Virus record (IMG/VR): IMGVR_UViG_643692022_000007
DNA: 38,874 nucleotides
Reading direction: 5' to 3' (one strand)
From: a virus
Taxonomy: Duplodnaviria; Heunggongvirae; Uroviricota; Caudoviricetes
The position numbers and the translations under genes are program-made. The stretch's first letter is position 1; every line of letters starts with the position of its first letter. Of this stretch, positions 1-11,994 are shown piece after piece. The notes under the pieces are model-generated. The model worked only from the letters and a program-made list of their open reading frames with translations. It searched no databases and was not told the DNA's origin.

Positions 1-1950
1 ATGAAATCTGTGAAATATAGACCTGATATTGACGGTTTGCGCACATTGGCCGTGCTGATGGTTATCTTGTACCATATTGGTGTACAAAAAATAAGCGGCG
101 GTTTTATAGGTGTTGATGTTTTTTTTGTTATTTCTGGATATCTCATCACTGGAATCATATATCCTAAATTACAAGACGGGACCTTTAGCTATGAAGACTT
201 TTATCTGCGAAGGATAAAAAGAATTTACCCAACTCTACTATTAGTAGTTGCAGTGACATTCATTGCATCATATTTCTTCATGATGCAAACAGATTTTAAA
301 GAATTCATAAATAGTGCTCTTGCATCGTTGCTTTCATTAAGCAATTTCTTTTTCATGTTGAACACTGGTGGTTACTTTGACCAGTCTACAGACAATCTCC
401 CGCTTTTACACACATGGTCATTATCTGTTGAAGAACAGTTTTACATTCTTTGGCCGATAATATTAACCATAGCATTTAAATTTAAGAAGGGAACAGTTAT
501 ATTCATAGTTTCCCTTTTGTTATCCATTGGGTATTCTCAATATCTAACATTCACTAACCCTTCATTTTCTTACTACATGATACCATCTAGAGCTTTCGAG
601 TTGTTAATTGGTGGTATGTGCTCAATTTATCTAAAAAATACATCCCCTACAATCAAGATCAGATCTTTACTTGCATCGTTAGGTGCAACAATTATTATTG
701 CCTCATCATTAATACTGTCAAAGAATTCAAACTTCCCTGGATTGAATGCGCTACCAGTATGTCTTGGAACTGCAATGATAATAATTGCTGGTAATGGCAA
801 TATTTATCCATCAGTTAACAAAATCCTAAGTCTTAAGCCGATTGTTTACATAGGAAAAATATCCTATGCTGCTTACTTATGGCATTGGCCATTAATTGCT
901 TTTTATAATTATAGAGGCATTCCTTTAACACCGTTAAATCAATTAATCATTATCATTATCACACTATTTTTATCAAGCGTAACATTTCATTTCATCGAAA
1001 ATAAGACCAGATATCTGAATTTTTCATTTCAAAAAACAGTCCTGCTATTTTTCGTTTTACCTGTCATTGCGTTTATAGGAATCACCATTACTTCATATAA
1101 AACAGATGGGTTCGCTTACCGATTCAAAGGTTACATCGATGAACTGAGTGATGAAAATGATCCTAGTAAAATAAGAAGCAATTGCCATACAAACTATTAT
1201 AAAAACAATTGGGATATCAAAAGAATAATCCCAGAGTGTAATATTGGTGACACATCAAGACCTGTTGATGGATATCTATGGGGAGATTCATTTGGAAATG
1301 CAAGCGCAGGGTTCTTTGACTCTTATGGGAAGGCTAACGGGCTTAACTTTCAAGAAAGAACAATAAGCTGGACCCCACCTATACCCGCAACCTCCTTTGG
1401 TCTCCCTAACTTTAAAAATGAATATAAAACCAGCACAGCAAACTTTACTTCTTGGATATTCAATGAATCTCTAAGATATAAGTACGTTGTATTATCTGCA
1501 GACTGGAGGCAATATGACAAATGTTCTCGTGATGAAATCACTGGTATACCTCATGAATGTGCTCTGTTTGATTCTAATGGTAACAACATCACCAGAGACT
1601 ATAGAAATAGAGTTGAATCCATGATTAAAGAATACATCAATCACGGCGTGAATGTAATAATCTTTAACTCTGTTAATGGCATTGATTTTAATAAAATAAA
1701 ATCAGGGAAAATAAGTGGAAAAGACATTTCCACAAAAGAATACATGAAAAAAGAGGTTGTAGGGAGTGATGAATTTATTCATTATCTTGTTAAAAAATAC
1801 CCACAAATTACTTATATTGATCCTAATAATATTCTCTGCAAAAATGGTTTATGCACAGGTCAGATTAATGGCAAAATAATTTATAGAGACGGTGGCCATT
1901 TAAACTGGTCTGGTTCAAAGGAACTTGGAAAACTTTACGTTAAAGAGTAA
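1..1950 (+). CDS. Membrane O-acyltransferase (acyltransferase-3 family with C-terminal SGNH-like extension); likely O-antigen acetyltransferase, lysogenic-conversion moron
   Basis: 649-aa ORF starting at base 1. N-terminus MKSVKYRPDIDGLRTLAVLMVILYHIG plus many hydrophobic helices, typical of OafA/Oac-type enzymes. Very AT-rich; lies distal to and convergent with the tailspike gene. Confidence 0.75.
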   Translation: MKSVKYRPDIDGLRTLAVLMVILYHIGVQKISGGFIGVDVFFVISGYLITGIIYPKLQDGTFSYEDFYLRRIKRIYPTLLLVVAVTFIASYFFMMQTDFKEFINSALASLLSLSNFFFMLNTGGYFDQSTDNLPLLHTWSLSVEEQFYILWPIILTIAFKFKKGTVIFIVSLLLSIGYSQYLTFTNPSFSYYMIPSRAFELLIGGMCSIYLKNTSPTIKIRSLLASLGATIIIASSLILSKNSNFPGLNALPVCLGTAMIIIAGNGNIYPSVNKILSLKPIVYIGKISYAAYLWHWPLIAFYNYRGIPLTPLNQLIIIIITLFLSSVTFHFIENKTRYLNFSFQKTVLLFFVLPVIAFIGITITSYKTDGFAYRFKGYIDELSDENDPSKIRSNCHTNYYKNNWDIKRIIPECNIGDTSRPVDGYLWGDSFGNASAGFFDSYGKANGLNFQERTISWTPPIPATSFGLPNFKNEYKTSTANFTSWIFNESLRYKYVVLSADWRQYDKCSRDEITGIPHECALFDSNGNNITRDYRNRVESMIKEYINHGVNVIIFNSVNGIDFNKIKSGKISGKDISTKEYMKKEVVGSDEFIHYLVKKYPQITYIDPNNILCKNGLCTGQINGKIIYRDGGHLNWSGSKELGKLYVKE

Positions 1951-1957
1951 TCATAGA

Positions 1958-1982
1958 AAAGGCGCCGTTAAACGGCGCCTTA
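1958..1982. terminator. Bidirectional rho-independent terminator between the convergent acyltransferase and tailspike genes
   Basis: Perfect hairpin AGGCGCCGTT-taa-ACGGCGCCT flanked by AAAA on one side and TTATTT on the other, between stops at 1950 and 1989. Confidence 0.8.
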
Positions 1983-1988
1983 TTTATA

Positions 1989-4427
1989 TCAAACATTAAG
2001 AGTTTGAATTATATCAGTATTACCTTTATTGTCGACTGGATAGTTACATGATAAAGTTGAATTTATAGTCAAGTTTTCACCAAACCAAAATTTATTTGAT
2101 GTCGATACTGATGAGGACCCAACCCCATCAATTTTTAAACACAACAGAGCATTTATGAAATTATTCCTAACACATCTAATTGTCTTATAGTGAGACAACC
2201 ACGATTGTTCCCCATCGTCTCTAAATAATGTAGCAACACTCTGAGAGATAAATGATTGTGAGGTAATTGTGTTGCAAGTTAACTCCATAATACTATTGGG
2301 TGAACCAAGTGATATACCTGATGGTAAACTAGCAATAACATTACCACCCCTTAGTATATTTCTATTTACTCGAAGTATCTTTGGAGTATAACCGCTTGCG
2401 CTTAAATCAAGAAAAAATGATGAGACAGTACCTAACTGATTACCTGATATTTCTATAACGCAATCAGAAGAACATTTAACATTGAATCTATTATATGTAC
2501 CAGTGAAATTGTTATTTGTTAATGATACTTTTTGATACCCACCTCCAGAGTTACTCCACATAGCTCCAAAAAATGGCGTAGATGGCAAAGATGATGACCA
2601 TCTAAAGTCATTTCCATCAATAAATAGCTCCTTACTATAACTACCAAAACTTAAAGAGCAATTTCTTATTTCATTATCATGAATGAATACACGCTCAAAA
2701 TTACTAACATGTAAGTTGGCGGTTCCTGATGTTAGTAACCTACCCATAATATTATTAGTAAGACGCAGGACTGAATTTGAAATTTCATCTTGATCTACGC
2801 CAATTATCATTCCAGTGCTTGTGATATTAATAATATTGTTATCTATCTTCCAGTCTGAGTTTGTAATATGCGTATACAAAGTTAAAAATGACGGCGCGGA
2901 AAAATAATTGTCCGATATGGATACATTATAAGAATTCATAATGTAATCATTATTTCCAGATATTCCTAAAAGAAGGATTCTATCCTTTGAACGGACGGTA
3001 TTACCTGTAATTTCTATACTATGAGCCCATCCTGTGTCAAACCACTCAGTCCCCCTGTTGGTGTATACCATCATCCAATAGCCACTAGTTGTAGCAGTAT
3101 TTCCAGATACTGTTATTTGCCCCCATGACTGTATAGCATATTCAGATCCAACCATACCATGCCCCGTATCGAATGCCATGCATCCATCAATACAATCAAA
3201 CGTATTGCCGGTAACATCATATCTGTTAAACCCAAATCGACCTTTAACTGCACCATTTCCACGAGTATTTATTCTATTTCTGAAAGTATTGCCGGTTACT
3301 GTAATATCACCAATTAATATACCATTTCCTTGATTGGCAAATGCTTGACCAGCACAGTACACAGCATGGTCATACCATCCAAGAAATGAGTTTCCAGAAA
3401 CACGCAAATTCCGCGCATTCCCTGCTATACAACTGCCAGGAGCATCTTTAAAAACCATATCAAAAACGACCAGTCCTGACGTTTTTTTGTCATGGTTATA
3501 ATATGTCTCACCAGCAACTGGAATATTACCATCAGGACCATGTATATAAGGAGACGTACCACCTGGTTCGATATCACCATAATAAGTTTGGTCTGGAATT
3601 CCTGTAGTGCTGCTGGTTCCCGATGCCGCAACTTCAATTGAACGTGCATTACCATCAATTTGTAACCCATGCACCGACTGAGCACCTACAGCACCACTCA
3701 GGAATCGGAATAATTTACGGGTATCTCTTGCCGGATCAATCTCGGTCGTAGAACCTTCAACAAAGTATGTGCGATACCGGCGAGTAATAGTTGCTGAACC
3801 ATCGCCCCATACTGAACGAACATATGACCATACATTAACAGCCGAATCAAAACAGTATATTCCAGTTGGGAAGTATACGGAGCATTTAAGATTATGCGCC
3901 TCATCCATGACCATCTGAACTTTAGGCTGATGGTTTATTGAAAGGTCACCAGATGCCAAAGCAGCCAGCTCTGCTTCGTTCATATATTTTGTAGCCAGAA
4001 TACTTGGTGTCTTCTCTACATATTCATCAAGTGTTCCATATCGGGTGTTTACAAGAGAACCATTGCCATTAGCTAATTCAAGGCGCAACTGGTCAGGATC
4101 GTATTTCAGTACATTAGGATAATAGAACTGCTGTGCCCCGTACGCATCATAAACAGCCATAGAATGGCCTTGCACAGTTACGAACTTGGCAATCTGTCCG
4201 TTATATACCGGATATCCAGCGGCGTTAATGATGATTGGTTGCGATACAGGAACGTGAGAACCGTCTTCGTTTTCCACATAAACCTGAATCTGGTTTTCAG
4301 GATTTACAGGGTCAGTGTCAATTTTACCGATATAAATTTTGCCATTGGCAACCGCTTTAAAAGAACGCGCCATAGTGAAAAGTTGCGAAGGCATCGATAC
4401 GATCACATTGGCTGTAATGTCTGTCAT
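1989..4427 (-). CDS. gp9: Tailspike protein: P22-type N-terminal head-binding domain fused to a divergent beta-helix receptor-binding domain
   Basis: 812 aa. The first ~110 residues ([58 protein letters not shown]...) closely match the remembered P22 tailspike N-terminus. The rest has repeated xTGNTx motifs typical of a right-handed beta-helix. The 3' two-thirds of the gene is AT-rich. Confidence 0.9.
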   Translation of the reverse strand: MTDITANVIVSMPSQLFTMARSFKAVANGKIYIGKIDTDPVNPENQIQVYVENEDGSHVPVSQPIIINAAGYPVYNGQIAKFVTVQGHSMAVYDAYGAQQFYYPNVLKYDPDQLRLELANGNGSLVNTRYGTLDEYVEKTPSILATKYMNEAELAALASGDLSINHQPKVQMVMDEAHNLKCSVYFPTGIYCFDSAVNVWSYVRSVWGDGSATITRRYRTYFVEGSTTEIDPARDTRKLFRFLSGAVGAQSVHGLQIDGNARSIEVAASGTSSTTGIPDQTYYGDIEPGGTSPYIHGPDGNIPVAGETYYNHDKKTSGLVVFDMVFKDAPGSCIAGNARNLRVSGNSFLGWYDHAVYCAGQAFANQGNGILIGDITVTGNTFRNRINTRGNGAVKGRFGFNRYDVTGNTFDCIDGCMAFDTGHGMVGSEYAIQSWGQITVSGNTATTSGYWMMVYTNRGTEWFDTGWAHSIEITGNTVRSKDRILLLGISGNNDYIMNSYNVSISDNYFSAPSFLTLYTHITNSDWKIDNNIINITSTGMIIGVDQDEISNSVLRLTNNIMGRLLTSGTANLHVSNFERVFIHDNEIRNCSLSFGSYSKELFIDGNDFRWSSSLPSTPFFGAMWSNSGGGYQKVSLTNNNFTGTYNRFNVKCSSDCVIEISGNQLGTVSSFFLDLSASGYTPKILRVNRNILRGGNVIASLPSGISLGSPNSIMELTCNTITSQSFISQSVATLFRDDGEQSWLSHYKTIRCVRNNFINALLCLKIDGVGSSSVSTSNKFWFGENLTINSTLSCNYPVDNKGNTDIIQTLNV

Positions 4428-4484
4428 TTAATTTGCTCCAGATACAATGAATCGCCGCAGCGTGGCCACGGTGAAATTTGGGCA

Positions 4485-4509
4485 TAAAAAAACCCAGCCG
4501 AAGCTGGGT
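4485..4509 (-). terminator. Rho-independent terminator between gp16 and the tailspike gene
   Basis: Minus-strand hairpin ACCCAGC-TTCG-GCTGGGT followed by a T-run (plus strand shows the A-run then acccagccgaagctgggt), in the 132-bp gap. Confidence 0.65.
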
Positions 4510-4559
4510 CGTTGCGTTGGTTATCTGTCAGTAGTTATGTACTTAGTTAATTATTTATT

Positions 4560-6404
4560 CTATTGTTCTGCTGTAATTTGGCTTGAAAGTATAGGGCGTA
4601 TCGCATTTGCAGCATTATTTAGCGCTCTTTCATAGGCTGGTGTTCCTGCTTTGGTGTTAGCCAAACGAAGAAGCATATTCCGTGCGGCTTTGGACTCATA
4701 CAAGCGCATCATTGCACCGAAACCAGCCTCAAGCCCCATTGATACGCCAAGAGTTGCCGTTGCGCCAATCGTTCTTATCCGGTTGGCTTGCGATTGCCCT
4801 GTCTGAGTTACTACATTTGCGGTGTCTGACCTTGCTGTTTGCTGTAGAACTTCATGAAGAGCATCAAGCTCTTTCATGTGCTTTCCAGAAAAAATAGTGT
4901 TGTAAATTTCACCACCTGACTGAGATTTCAGCTTATTAACTTCCGTGATGAACTTGGCTGGAGAGTCACCGGCCTTTTCCGCTATTTTGCTGACGTAAGC
5001 TGCACGCATAGCATCTTTCCCCTTATCATCCAATGCGATCCAGATTCGTTTCACGTCAGATGGTTTTCTGCTTAATACAACGGTATTTATAAGTTCAGGG
5101 CTGGCTTCACTACTTGCCTTATTGAGCTTGTTAGCAATGTTTTTATTAAGCACCTTATTATAAACGTTTGCATAATCGGAATTTGCTTTAAGGTATTTTG
5201 CTGCGTCTGAAGCACCGAGGTTTTTAGCAACTGCGTTACGAAGGTCTTTTGACATTGCATTCTCTACCATATTGGTAGCTGCTTTTGCCTGGTTGGGGAA
5301 GACCATAGCATCTCCCTGAACATTAGATCTAAATGCCGTTCTGTGCTGACGCAGGAGATCAAACGTAACATCCAAATCAGTTGCAGGGTTTGCTAATTCT
5401 TCACGTAGGTTACGCAAGGATGTAAGCAGGCTTTGATTGGCAGACGTCCCAAGCCGTTCCTGTCTTGCGATCGCTGTATTCAGAGCATTCATAGTGTTTG
5501 TGGTATCAACTGCGGCATTACCCATTTTATTGGTGACGTCATTGATAACTGCGCCAGCAGAATCCTTCCGTCCCCTTAACGTGGTGGTCAGAGATTTCAC
5601 CACATCATCAGGGTTGTACTCACCAAAACGGTCAAAATAATTACTTACCAACTTACTACGCGTTGCATATTGCTCTGCCCTTTTACTGCCAGTTCCAAGA
5701 ATGGCCCCCTCAGCATCCTGAGTAAGACCACGAGTGAATGCATTTTTCGGTGGGATGACATCAGATGTCATAGGTGTCACGCCCATCGATTCTGATGTGG
5801 CAATTTTTTTCGCCACTTCTGGCGCAATATCGCCTTTTATAGCCGTTATTCCACGCCCTATTCCCTTTGCTGCTGCGGAAAGAACACCCTGAGCGGCAAG
5901 GTTAACTCCGGCATTTCTTGCTGCATTTTGTGCGAAATCGCCTTTCTGATTTGCGGCCTCTGCCAGTGATCCAATAGCCATGCTTCCTGCCGTTCCAACT
6001 CCTGGAACTAAATACCCACCAATTGTTTCACCTGCTTGTGCGTAGGGGTCTGTCGGTCTGTCTACTGGACGATAAACATCATCCAATACTTTTGGCCCAC
6101 CAAGCCCCTGACTGATTGCATTAATCAGACTTGCGCCACCCTGCAATACGTCAAATGGTATGTTTACCAGACCACGACCAGCCTGTTCTGCAATTTGCCC
6201 TGCACTTTGACCACCAGTGAGCCAATCGCCAGCTTGTTGCATCAATGATGGTTCTTCCTGTGTTGGTGCATTATTGGCCTGATTAACTGTTTGTTGCTGA
6301 ACAGCCTGACCAGCAAAATACTCATCAATGGCGGTGCCAATATCTTCGGTGCTCGTACCATCAGGAAAGGTAAATGTCTTACCGTTTGCAGTTACTTTCA
6401 TCAT
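4560..6404 (-). CDS. gp16: Ejection (internal virion) protein, P22 gp16-like
   Basis: 614 aa (P22 gp16 is about 609), last gene of the gp14-gp7-gp20-gp16 block; Gly/Ala-rich N-terminal region. Confidence 0.8.
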   Translation of the reverse strand: MMKVTANGKTFTFPDGTSTEDIGTAIDEYFAGQAVQQQTVNQANNAPTQEEPSLMQQAGDWLTGGQSAGQIAEQAGRGLVNIPFDVLQGGASLINAISQGLGGPKVLDDVYRPVDRPTDPYAQAGETIGGYLVPGVGTAGSMAIGSLAEAANQKGDFAQNAARNAGVNLAAQGVLSAAAKGIGRGITAIKGDIAPEVAKKIATSESMGVTPMTSDVIPPKNAFTRGLTQDAEGAILGTGSKRAEQYATRSKLVSNYFDRFGEYNPDDVVKSLTTTLRGRKDSAGAVINDVTNKMGNAAVDTTNTMNALNTAIARQERLGTSANQSLLTSLRNLREELANPATDLDVTFDLLRQHRTAFRSNVQGDAMVFPNQAKAATNMVENAMSKDLRNAVAKNLGASDAAKYLKANSDYANVYNKVLNKNIANKLNKASSEASPELINTVVLSRKPSDVKRIWIALDDKGKDAMRAAYVSKIAEKAGDSPAKFITEVNKLKSQSGGEIYNTIFSGKHMKELDALHEVLQQTARSDTANVVTQTGQSQANRIRTIGATATLGVSMGLEAGFGAMMRLYESKAARNMLLRLANTKAGTPAYERALNNAANAIRPILSSQITAEQ

Positions 6405-7813
6405 TCCACCGTAAATTGAATGCCTGATTTTGAGGTATATGATCCAACCTGATTCCGTGGTTCTCCTGAAGGTGTCGAATCTTGTGCTGGCGCTGCGTCA
6501 GTATTCATTGACATATACCGCTTAACGGCACTCCCCAATGATTCACCTTTTTTAACATCCAACCCCAATATCTGACCGCCATTACGCGATTGTCCAGGGT
6601 TGCCATTCGCGCTCATCCACTCGGCTTTAAACTCATTAAACTGCGCGTTTCGTCGCTCAAGGTTTGCCATTGCATCAAGCCATCTTGCGACCGTCTCAGG
6701 GTTATCCATGTCAGTTGGCGCACCCTGTCGAACGATCTCAACGTCTTTATCCGTTGCTGGGCCGGGAGGTAGGAATTTAAGAACCTGACTGTTAACAAGG
6801 GCATTTTGGCGAATGCGCAAATCACGCAATGTTGTATCGCTTCCGGTAAGTTTTGCGAACATGTTCTGTGCGTTACCGAACAAACCTGTCGTTGGTTTTT
6901 CTGCTCTGAACTGTTGAGCAAGCGCACTCATAGAATTGGCTGAGTTTGATGATGCTGTAGCATTGTTTACAGCCGTCTCGATGCCTTTTTCCATGTTTAC
7001 TGACAGCTTAGGTGCTTCGCTAATCAACTGCTGAGCCTTTTCCTGCGCTTGCTGCATCTTAAACCCGAACTCTTGCTGATCCAGAGCCAAGCGCTGTGCT
7101 GCGATATTGTGCCCAGTCATTGCTGACTGATAGGAAAGGTTTTGCCCTCTCGCCTGAAGTGCTTCTCCAGCCTGATTGCTGCGGATTGTCTCTGCCAGCC
7201 TGCCTCGGTCAATCTCACGACCAACCATCTTGTCCTGAACATTGAAGTAATCAATCGGACCAAGAGCAGCCATCCCAAGGTGATCAACAAACTCACCAAA
7301 TCCTGAAGGGTTCTGCTGATACATCTGAGCAACGCTGTTAGGGTCAACACCGACGCGAGTCAGTTCCTTGGCGTTGTTTTGCAGCCATGATTGCATCGCT
7401 TCTGGAGATGATGACGCAAGGCGAGCGCCAGCCGCTAATGTGCCGATAGAACTGCGCTGGTCTTCGTCAGCCCACTTCATGCCTGACTGAATCTTCTCTA
7501 ATTGACCAGGATATTTGGTCATCAGATCTCGCACCTGCTGTCGATCACCTGACTGGATGGCTGCCGCATATTCTTTTTGGAATGCAGCATCCGCTTCCTG
7601 TTGCTTTGCGGCTTTATATGTTTGAGCGACACTACCCAGCCCCTGCAACGCCTGAAGGCCGATGTTATTACGTCCTGAACGCTCCATCTCGTTATTCTGT
7701 CGAATGTATGCAAGCGTGGCGTCTGCATCACTTGCTCTTGGAGCGTTGGAGTTCATGCCGCCTAACCCGGCAAGAAGCGCGCCTGTATTACCAGCCTGTT
7801 GCCATGTAGCCAA
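6401..7813 (-). CDS. gp20: Ejection protein, P22 gp20-like
   Basis: 470 aa (P22 gp20 is about 471); position between the gp7-like and gp16-like genes; 4-nt overlap with gp16. Confidence 0.8.
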   Translation of the reverse strand: MATWQQAGNTGALLAGLGGMNSNAPRASDADATLAYIRQNNEMERSGRNNIGLQALQGLGSVAQTYKAAKQQEADAAFQKEYAAAIQSGDRQQVRDLMTKYPGQLEKIQSGMKWADEDQRSSIGTLAAGARLASSSPEAMQSWLQNNAKELTRVGVDPNSVAQMYQQNPSGFGEFVDHLGMAALGPIDYFNVQDKMVGREIDRGRLAETIRSNQAGEALQARGQNLSYQSAMTGHNIAAQRLALDQQEFGFKMQQAQEKAQQLISEAPKLSVNMEKGIETAVNNATASSNSANSMSALAQQFRAEKPTTGLFGNAQNMFAKLTGSDTTLRDLRIRQNALVNSQVLKFLPPGPATDKDVEIVRQGAPTDMDNPETVARWLDAMANLERRNAQFNEFKAEWMSANGNPGQSRNGGQILGLDVKKGESLGSAVKRYMSMNTDAAPAQDSTPSGEPRNQVGSYTSKSGIQFTVE

Positions 7814-7825
7814 GAGACACCTCCA

Positions 7826-8479
7826 TTAAAAAAGTGAACCAAGAAGACCGACGCCGGCACCAATTGCTGTACCCCAACCAGGCATGATTGCAGTACCTGC
7901 AGCTGCACCTGCCGCCGCTCCACCCAAGGCGCTCTGAAATCCTGATGGTTTATTCGCATTAGCCGCAGATGCTGCCGCCTGCTGTTGATACAATTGGCTG
8001 ACGTTGTTAGCGTAGTTCTGCCCAGCGTTTGCCTGACCTGTAAGAGCACCAAGGCCAATGTTTGCCAGATTGTTGTAGTTGTTCATCTGACCTGACAGCC
8101 AGTTTTGACCGAGTGTAGGTGCGATTGCAGCTAACTGGTTTCCTGTTGCTGTAGAGCCTAATCCACCAGTTGCCTCTGCTGCTGCCAGACTCTGGTAACG
8201 CGCCTGACCAGCAAGGTCTTTGTACTGCTGGGAGTTGTAATACTGGTTAAGCGCCTGACCTTGCCCCTGAAGAGAGGAAAGATTTTGCAACTGTGATACG
8301 TACTGCTGAGCGAGTGGTGTGAACGGTGCAAGGTTCTGCATGTTCGTTTGCCACATTTCACGCTGCAGTTCGATGCCCTTTTCAGTTGCGCGTGCCTGGG
8401 CTTTTGAACCGCCATCACTGCCACCTTTGCAGTAAACAGTTTTGCTGAGGTGCTTATTGGCAATCTGGAAAATTAACAT
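7826..8479 (-). CDS. gp7: Ejection protein, P22 gp7-like
   Basis: 217 aa, Gln/Ala/Gly-rich with a hydrophobic Gly-rich C-terminus; synteny with P22 gp7. Assigned mainly by position and size. Confidence 0.6.
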   Translation of the reverse strand: MLIFQIANKHLSKTVYCKGGSDGGSKAQARATEKGIELQREMWQTNMQNLAPFTPLAQQYVSQLQNLSSLQGQGQALNQYYNSQQYKDLAGQARYQSLAAAEATGGLGSTATGNQLAAIAPTLGQNWLSGQMNNYNNLANIGLGALTGQANAGQNYANNVSQLYQQQAAASAANANKPSGFQSALGGAAAGAAAGTAIMPGWGTAIGAGVGLLGSLF

Positions 8480-8936
8480 TCTTTAGCTCCTCGTATTTTG
8501 AGCGCGGTAACTGATAAATCGTGATGCCTACAGGCTTTCCATTGCTGGTATAAGCATCATCAAGGTGACCAACACGGGTAGCGCCAAGCAAACGGATAAT
8601 TGCCCGTCCGTATTTGGTGGTGTCAGGAACCATGGTGATGCTGTTAAGGAATGGTGAGTTTTCGAGAAGCCATTTGCAGAATAATCGATGACCTTGCAGT
8701 GCATATTCACCACGGAATCCGGGGTCGTACACCGCATGGCATTCAACAACGCTATGCCAGAAGTTACGCACTTCATGAACGCCAGCCAGCACTAATCCTT
8801 CGTAGATGCCGAGGTATACCGCATCAGGCTTGATGTAGTATTTATCTCCACTGTCTACGATATTTCCCGTGTTTGCCGGGTTGTTGAGGAATTCTGCAAG
8901 CTTCACCGGATTATCGATGAGCTTTATTTCCATCAC
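8454..8936 (-). CDS. Virion assembly/ejection-associated protein in the P22 gp14 position
   Basis: 160 aa between the tail needle and gp7-like genes; assigned by synteny only. Confidence 0.45.
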   Translation of the reverse strand: MMEIKLIDNPVKLAEFLNNPANTGNIVDSGDKYYIKPDAVYLGIYEGLVLAGVHEVRNFWHSVVECHAVYDPGFRGEYALQGHRLFCKWLLENSPFLNSITMVPDTTKYGRAIIRLLGATRVGHLDDAYTSNGKPVGITIYQLPRSKYEELKNVNFPDCQ

Positions 8937-9781
8937 TGCTCCGCAATGATTTTGATGGTTGTGGCAGTAAACGCCGCACCATTTGACTGAATGGTTAACG
9001 TGCTGCCATTTGTAGCAAGAAAGCCGTCTTTATCCACGCTGAAGAACGTAGCTAACAAGATGTTATCGGTTGTTGTCGCCGAGTTGCGACTGCTTACCAG
9101 AGTGTCAGGAACAGAGCCGGAAAATGTTAGCTGCATTGACCTGTTGGCGGTTCCGCTGGGCCACGTCCCGACAATCGACAGCTTGAAGAACAAGGTTTTG
9201 TTCTCGTTGAACACAACCATCTTGTTGTTAACGGTGTCGAAGAATGGTGCCAACGTGCCGGATGACGGCGTGAGCGTTTTCAGCAGGCTAACAAGGTTGG
9301 TCGGCGCTGTCGGGATGGTTACAGATACGCCAGAGTAAACAACTTCTGACTTCTTGCGCGTAGTGGCATACTCAAGAGCATCGATGCGCGTTTCATGGTC
9401 TGAAAGCGTGTTTTGAATGGCGACAACTTCATCCGTCAGATAATCAATATCGTTTTCTGCTGTCGTTAATCGTGAATCAAGTCCGACTATCGCCGCTTCT
9501 GCGTTAGTAATCCTTGTTTCGTGGTCCTGAATCTTCGCTTCAGCTGATGCCAGTCGAATTTCGTGATCAACCAGAATCACATCCTGCTCATCGTTCCTGA
9601 CCTGTGCATCATAAGCGCCTTGTCCGGCCTCGTTGGCCTTGTTCGCCACATTACCAACATCAGCACCCTGTGCAATAACGTAAAGCAGATACGACTGCGA
9701 GAAGATATTGCGTGGAAGGATTGATGTATCGAGCCGCGTCGCCTGAACAATAACAGGTGTATTGAGATTCGAATCCGCCAT
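8933..9781 (-). CDS. gp26: Tail needle protein (P22 gp26 family) with an extended C-terminal domain
   Basis: 282 aa. N-terminal ~140 residues ([43 protein letters not shown]...NDEQDV) match the remembered P22 gp26 coiled-coil region. The C-terminal ~140 aa is a different, longer domain. Confidence 0.85.
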   Translation of the reverse strand: MADSNLNTPVIVQATRLDTSILPRNIFSQSYLLYVIAQGADVGNVANKANEAGQGAYDAQVRNDEQDVILVDHEIRLASAEAKIQDHETRITNAEAAIVGLDSRLTTAENDIDYLTDEVVAIQNTLSDHETRIDALEYATTRKKSEVVYSGVSVTIPTAPTNLVSLLKTLTPSSGTLAPFFDTVNNKMVVFNENKTLFFKLSIVGTWPSGTANRSMQLTFSGSVPDTLVSSRNSATTTDNILLATFFSVDKDGFLATNGSTLTIQSNGAAFTATTIKIIAEQ

Positions 9782-11199
9782 TACTCAATCCTTATCTGAG
9801 CACCAGACAGAGTGACAGGTGACTTCGTGATAACGCGCAATTTGAAGCCAATGTTTTTCCTGATGCGCCCTACTTTCTTCCACAAAACGCGTTTGTCGTA
9901 AACGAACGGTTCATTCTGCTCAATCATCTGCTCACGCCCGTAATTGATGCCGTCAGTGGTTGCAGACAGAAACAGGCGGTCAGCGTACTGCGCAACACCC
10001 GTCGATGATTCCACCTCCAGATCAAAGCATCTGGCGTTATCTGCTTTGAAGAGTGGAGTAAACAGCAGGTGTTCTTGCTGTAGCCCATACTGGCTGCTGA
10101 TGTCGAATTGCAATTTCCCGGTCACGGACTCCAGCTTATCGCCGCACGTTATCTGATTGCCTTCGTAAATGAAGTCGATAGCGCGGTACACATCGTCATA
10201 CAGGCCTGTTTTCAGCACACACCATTGCGGACCATTGGCGCTTGAAGATGCGTCGTACACCAGAACATGGCGCGGAAGATGGATAATCAGCAGTTCATGA
10301 GCATCAAACCGCAACGATTCCATCACGCCATCAGCCAGTTCATCAGCAGTGTAGGAGCGTAGTATTTTCTCAATGCTCGCGCTGGCGATTGGTGATACCT
10401 GACCGGAGCCGATGATATACACAGACGGCGCACCTGTTGCCGGATTGCTGATAAACGCATAGGAATCAGCAAACGGCGTTTTGCAGTAAGTTCCGGCAAT
10501 GCCTTTCTGCACCATCAGTGATGGCTGTGCGACATACAAAGCGGCACCAACGGTGGTTGCACCAGTCAGGGAGAAATATTCAATCGTCGATGAACCAAAG
10601 CAGACGATGAAGTCTCGCCATGTACCTATGCCGATGATGCCATCAGGCTGAGATTCTGCGCGATATTGTGCGCTGTATCGGTCAGGGTGTGATTCGTCTT
10701 CAAGGTCAGTGATAAACCATGAATCAGTACCGTCTTTTGACCACGCATAACGCCCACGTAAGCGCGTAATGTCACGAACTGAACCTAACTCGTACTGTGT
10801 GAATCCGCTGTCTGTAGGCCAGTTTGAGACGGTTTTAACCGTACCATCATAGCGATACTCGACCAGTTGACCATTAACGCCTACAGCCTGAGATGTTCGA
10901 CCATGCGCCATTGATACGCGGCCACTTCCGGCGACGTCACCGACTTCGCTTTCGCCTTTGTAGAGCTTGCCGCCACACACACGATAAACAGCACTCTGCG
11001 CCATGTTGTACTCGACGCCGCGAGATACACCGTTCACATCAGAACGTTTGGCAATGCCCGGGAATGAGCGAAGATATCCGCTGCTGTTGAGGATTTCTTT
11101 GGGGGTTGCCAGCATATTCACTGGCAGATAGTCGATATAGTCGGCGTTTCGGAAGTCTTTGCCGACACCTTTCATAAGCGGAAGTTGCTGAATCGGCAT
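9781..11199 (-). CDS. gp10: Tail hub/adaptor protein, P22 gp10-like
   Basis: 472 aa, the same length as P22 gp10; lies between the gp4-like and needle genes. Confidence 0.8.
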   Translation of the reverse strand: MPIQQLPLMKGVGKDFRNADYIDYLPVNMLATPKEILNSSGYLRSFPGIAKRSDVNGVSRGVEYNMAQSAVYRVCGGKLYKGESEVGDVAGSGRVSMAHGRTSQAVGVNGQLVEYRYDGTVKTVSNWPTDSGFTQYELGSVRDITRLRGRYAWSKDGTDSWFITDLEDESHPDRYSAQYRAESQPDGIIGIGTWRDFIVCFGSSTIEYFSLTGATTVGAALYVAQPSLMVQKGIAGTYCKTPFADSYAFISNPATGAPSVYIIGSGQVSPIASASIEKILRSYTADELADGVMESLRFDAHELLIIHLPRHVLVYDASSSANGPQWCVLKTGLYDDVYRAIDFIYEGNQITCGDKLESVTGKLQFDISSQYGLQQEHLLFTPLFKADNARCFDLEVESSTGVAQYADRLFLSATTDGINYGREQMIEQNEPFVYDKRVLWKKVGRIRKNIGFKLRVITKSPVTLSGAQIRIE

Positions 11200-11677
11200 T
11201 TATTCGCTCCCGTCATCGCAATGTTCCTTCCGGTGGAAGTAATTCCAACCGTTCCACTTCGCCAACTGGTTACCACTACCAACAGGCATACGGTTTGGAT
11301 AACCGGACTTACATTTAGCGGCTTTTGCTCTGTCCATTGCAGACAGTTTGACGAGTCTCTCTTTCCCGTATCTGGCAGTGGTTATAAGTTTTGCAGACGC
11401 TTCCAGCGCATAATCCGGAGCAATGCGGCAGGCAAGGTTGAAAATGACGGCATTGATAGCGTTATTTGATAAACCGTGTTCATCGCCAGGATCTGGAGCG
11501 ACATCTGCATCAGCGAAAATGTAGCCAACGTTGATACCTGGTGACGCATCACCGCCAAGCCACTCAGCCATCATCATTTCAAGGTCGTTGACGCCATCTT
11601 CCATGGACTGCGGTTCGACATCGGTTAACGTGGCATTTGATGCCACACCGAGCTTACGTAATGCCGCAAGAACTAAA

Positions 11678-11700
<23 letters not shown>
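11200..11700 (-). CDS. gp4: Tail adaptor protein, P22 gp4-like (start taken at an internal ATG downstream of the repeat)
   Basis: From [33 protein letters not shown]... the product is 166 aa, matching remembered P22 gp4 in sequence and length. The longer track ORF (to 11811) adds an (SQ)n leader that is probably another frame of the repeat, not part of gp4. Confidence 0.8.
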
Positions 11701-11950
<250 letters not shown>

Positions 11951-11962
11951 GCTTGTCTCCAG

Positions 11963-11988
11963 ATAAAAAAGGGAGCCGAAGCTCCCTC
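11963..11988 (-). terminator. Rho-independent terminator or attenuator just downstream of the coat gene
   Basis: Minus-strand hairpin GGGAGC-TTCG-GCTCCC followed by TTTTTT, between the coat stop (11995) and the next start (11950). Confidence 0.7.
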
Positions 11989-11994
11989 TGGTTA

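Noticed and set aside
3425-4487. Small ORFs (86, 68 and 107 aa) overlapping the tailspike gene on both strands
   Set aside because: Fully inside a well-supported 812-aa tailspike reading frame; no start context or recognisable product.
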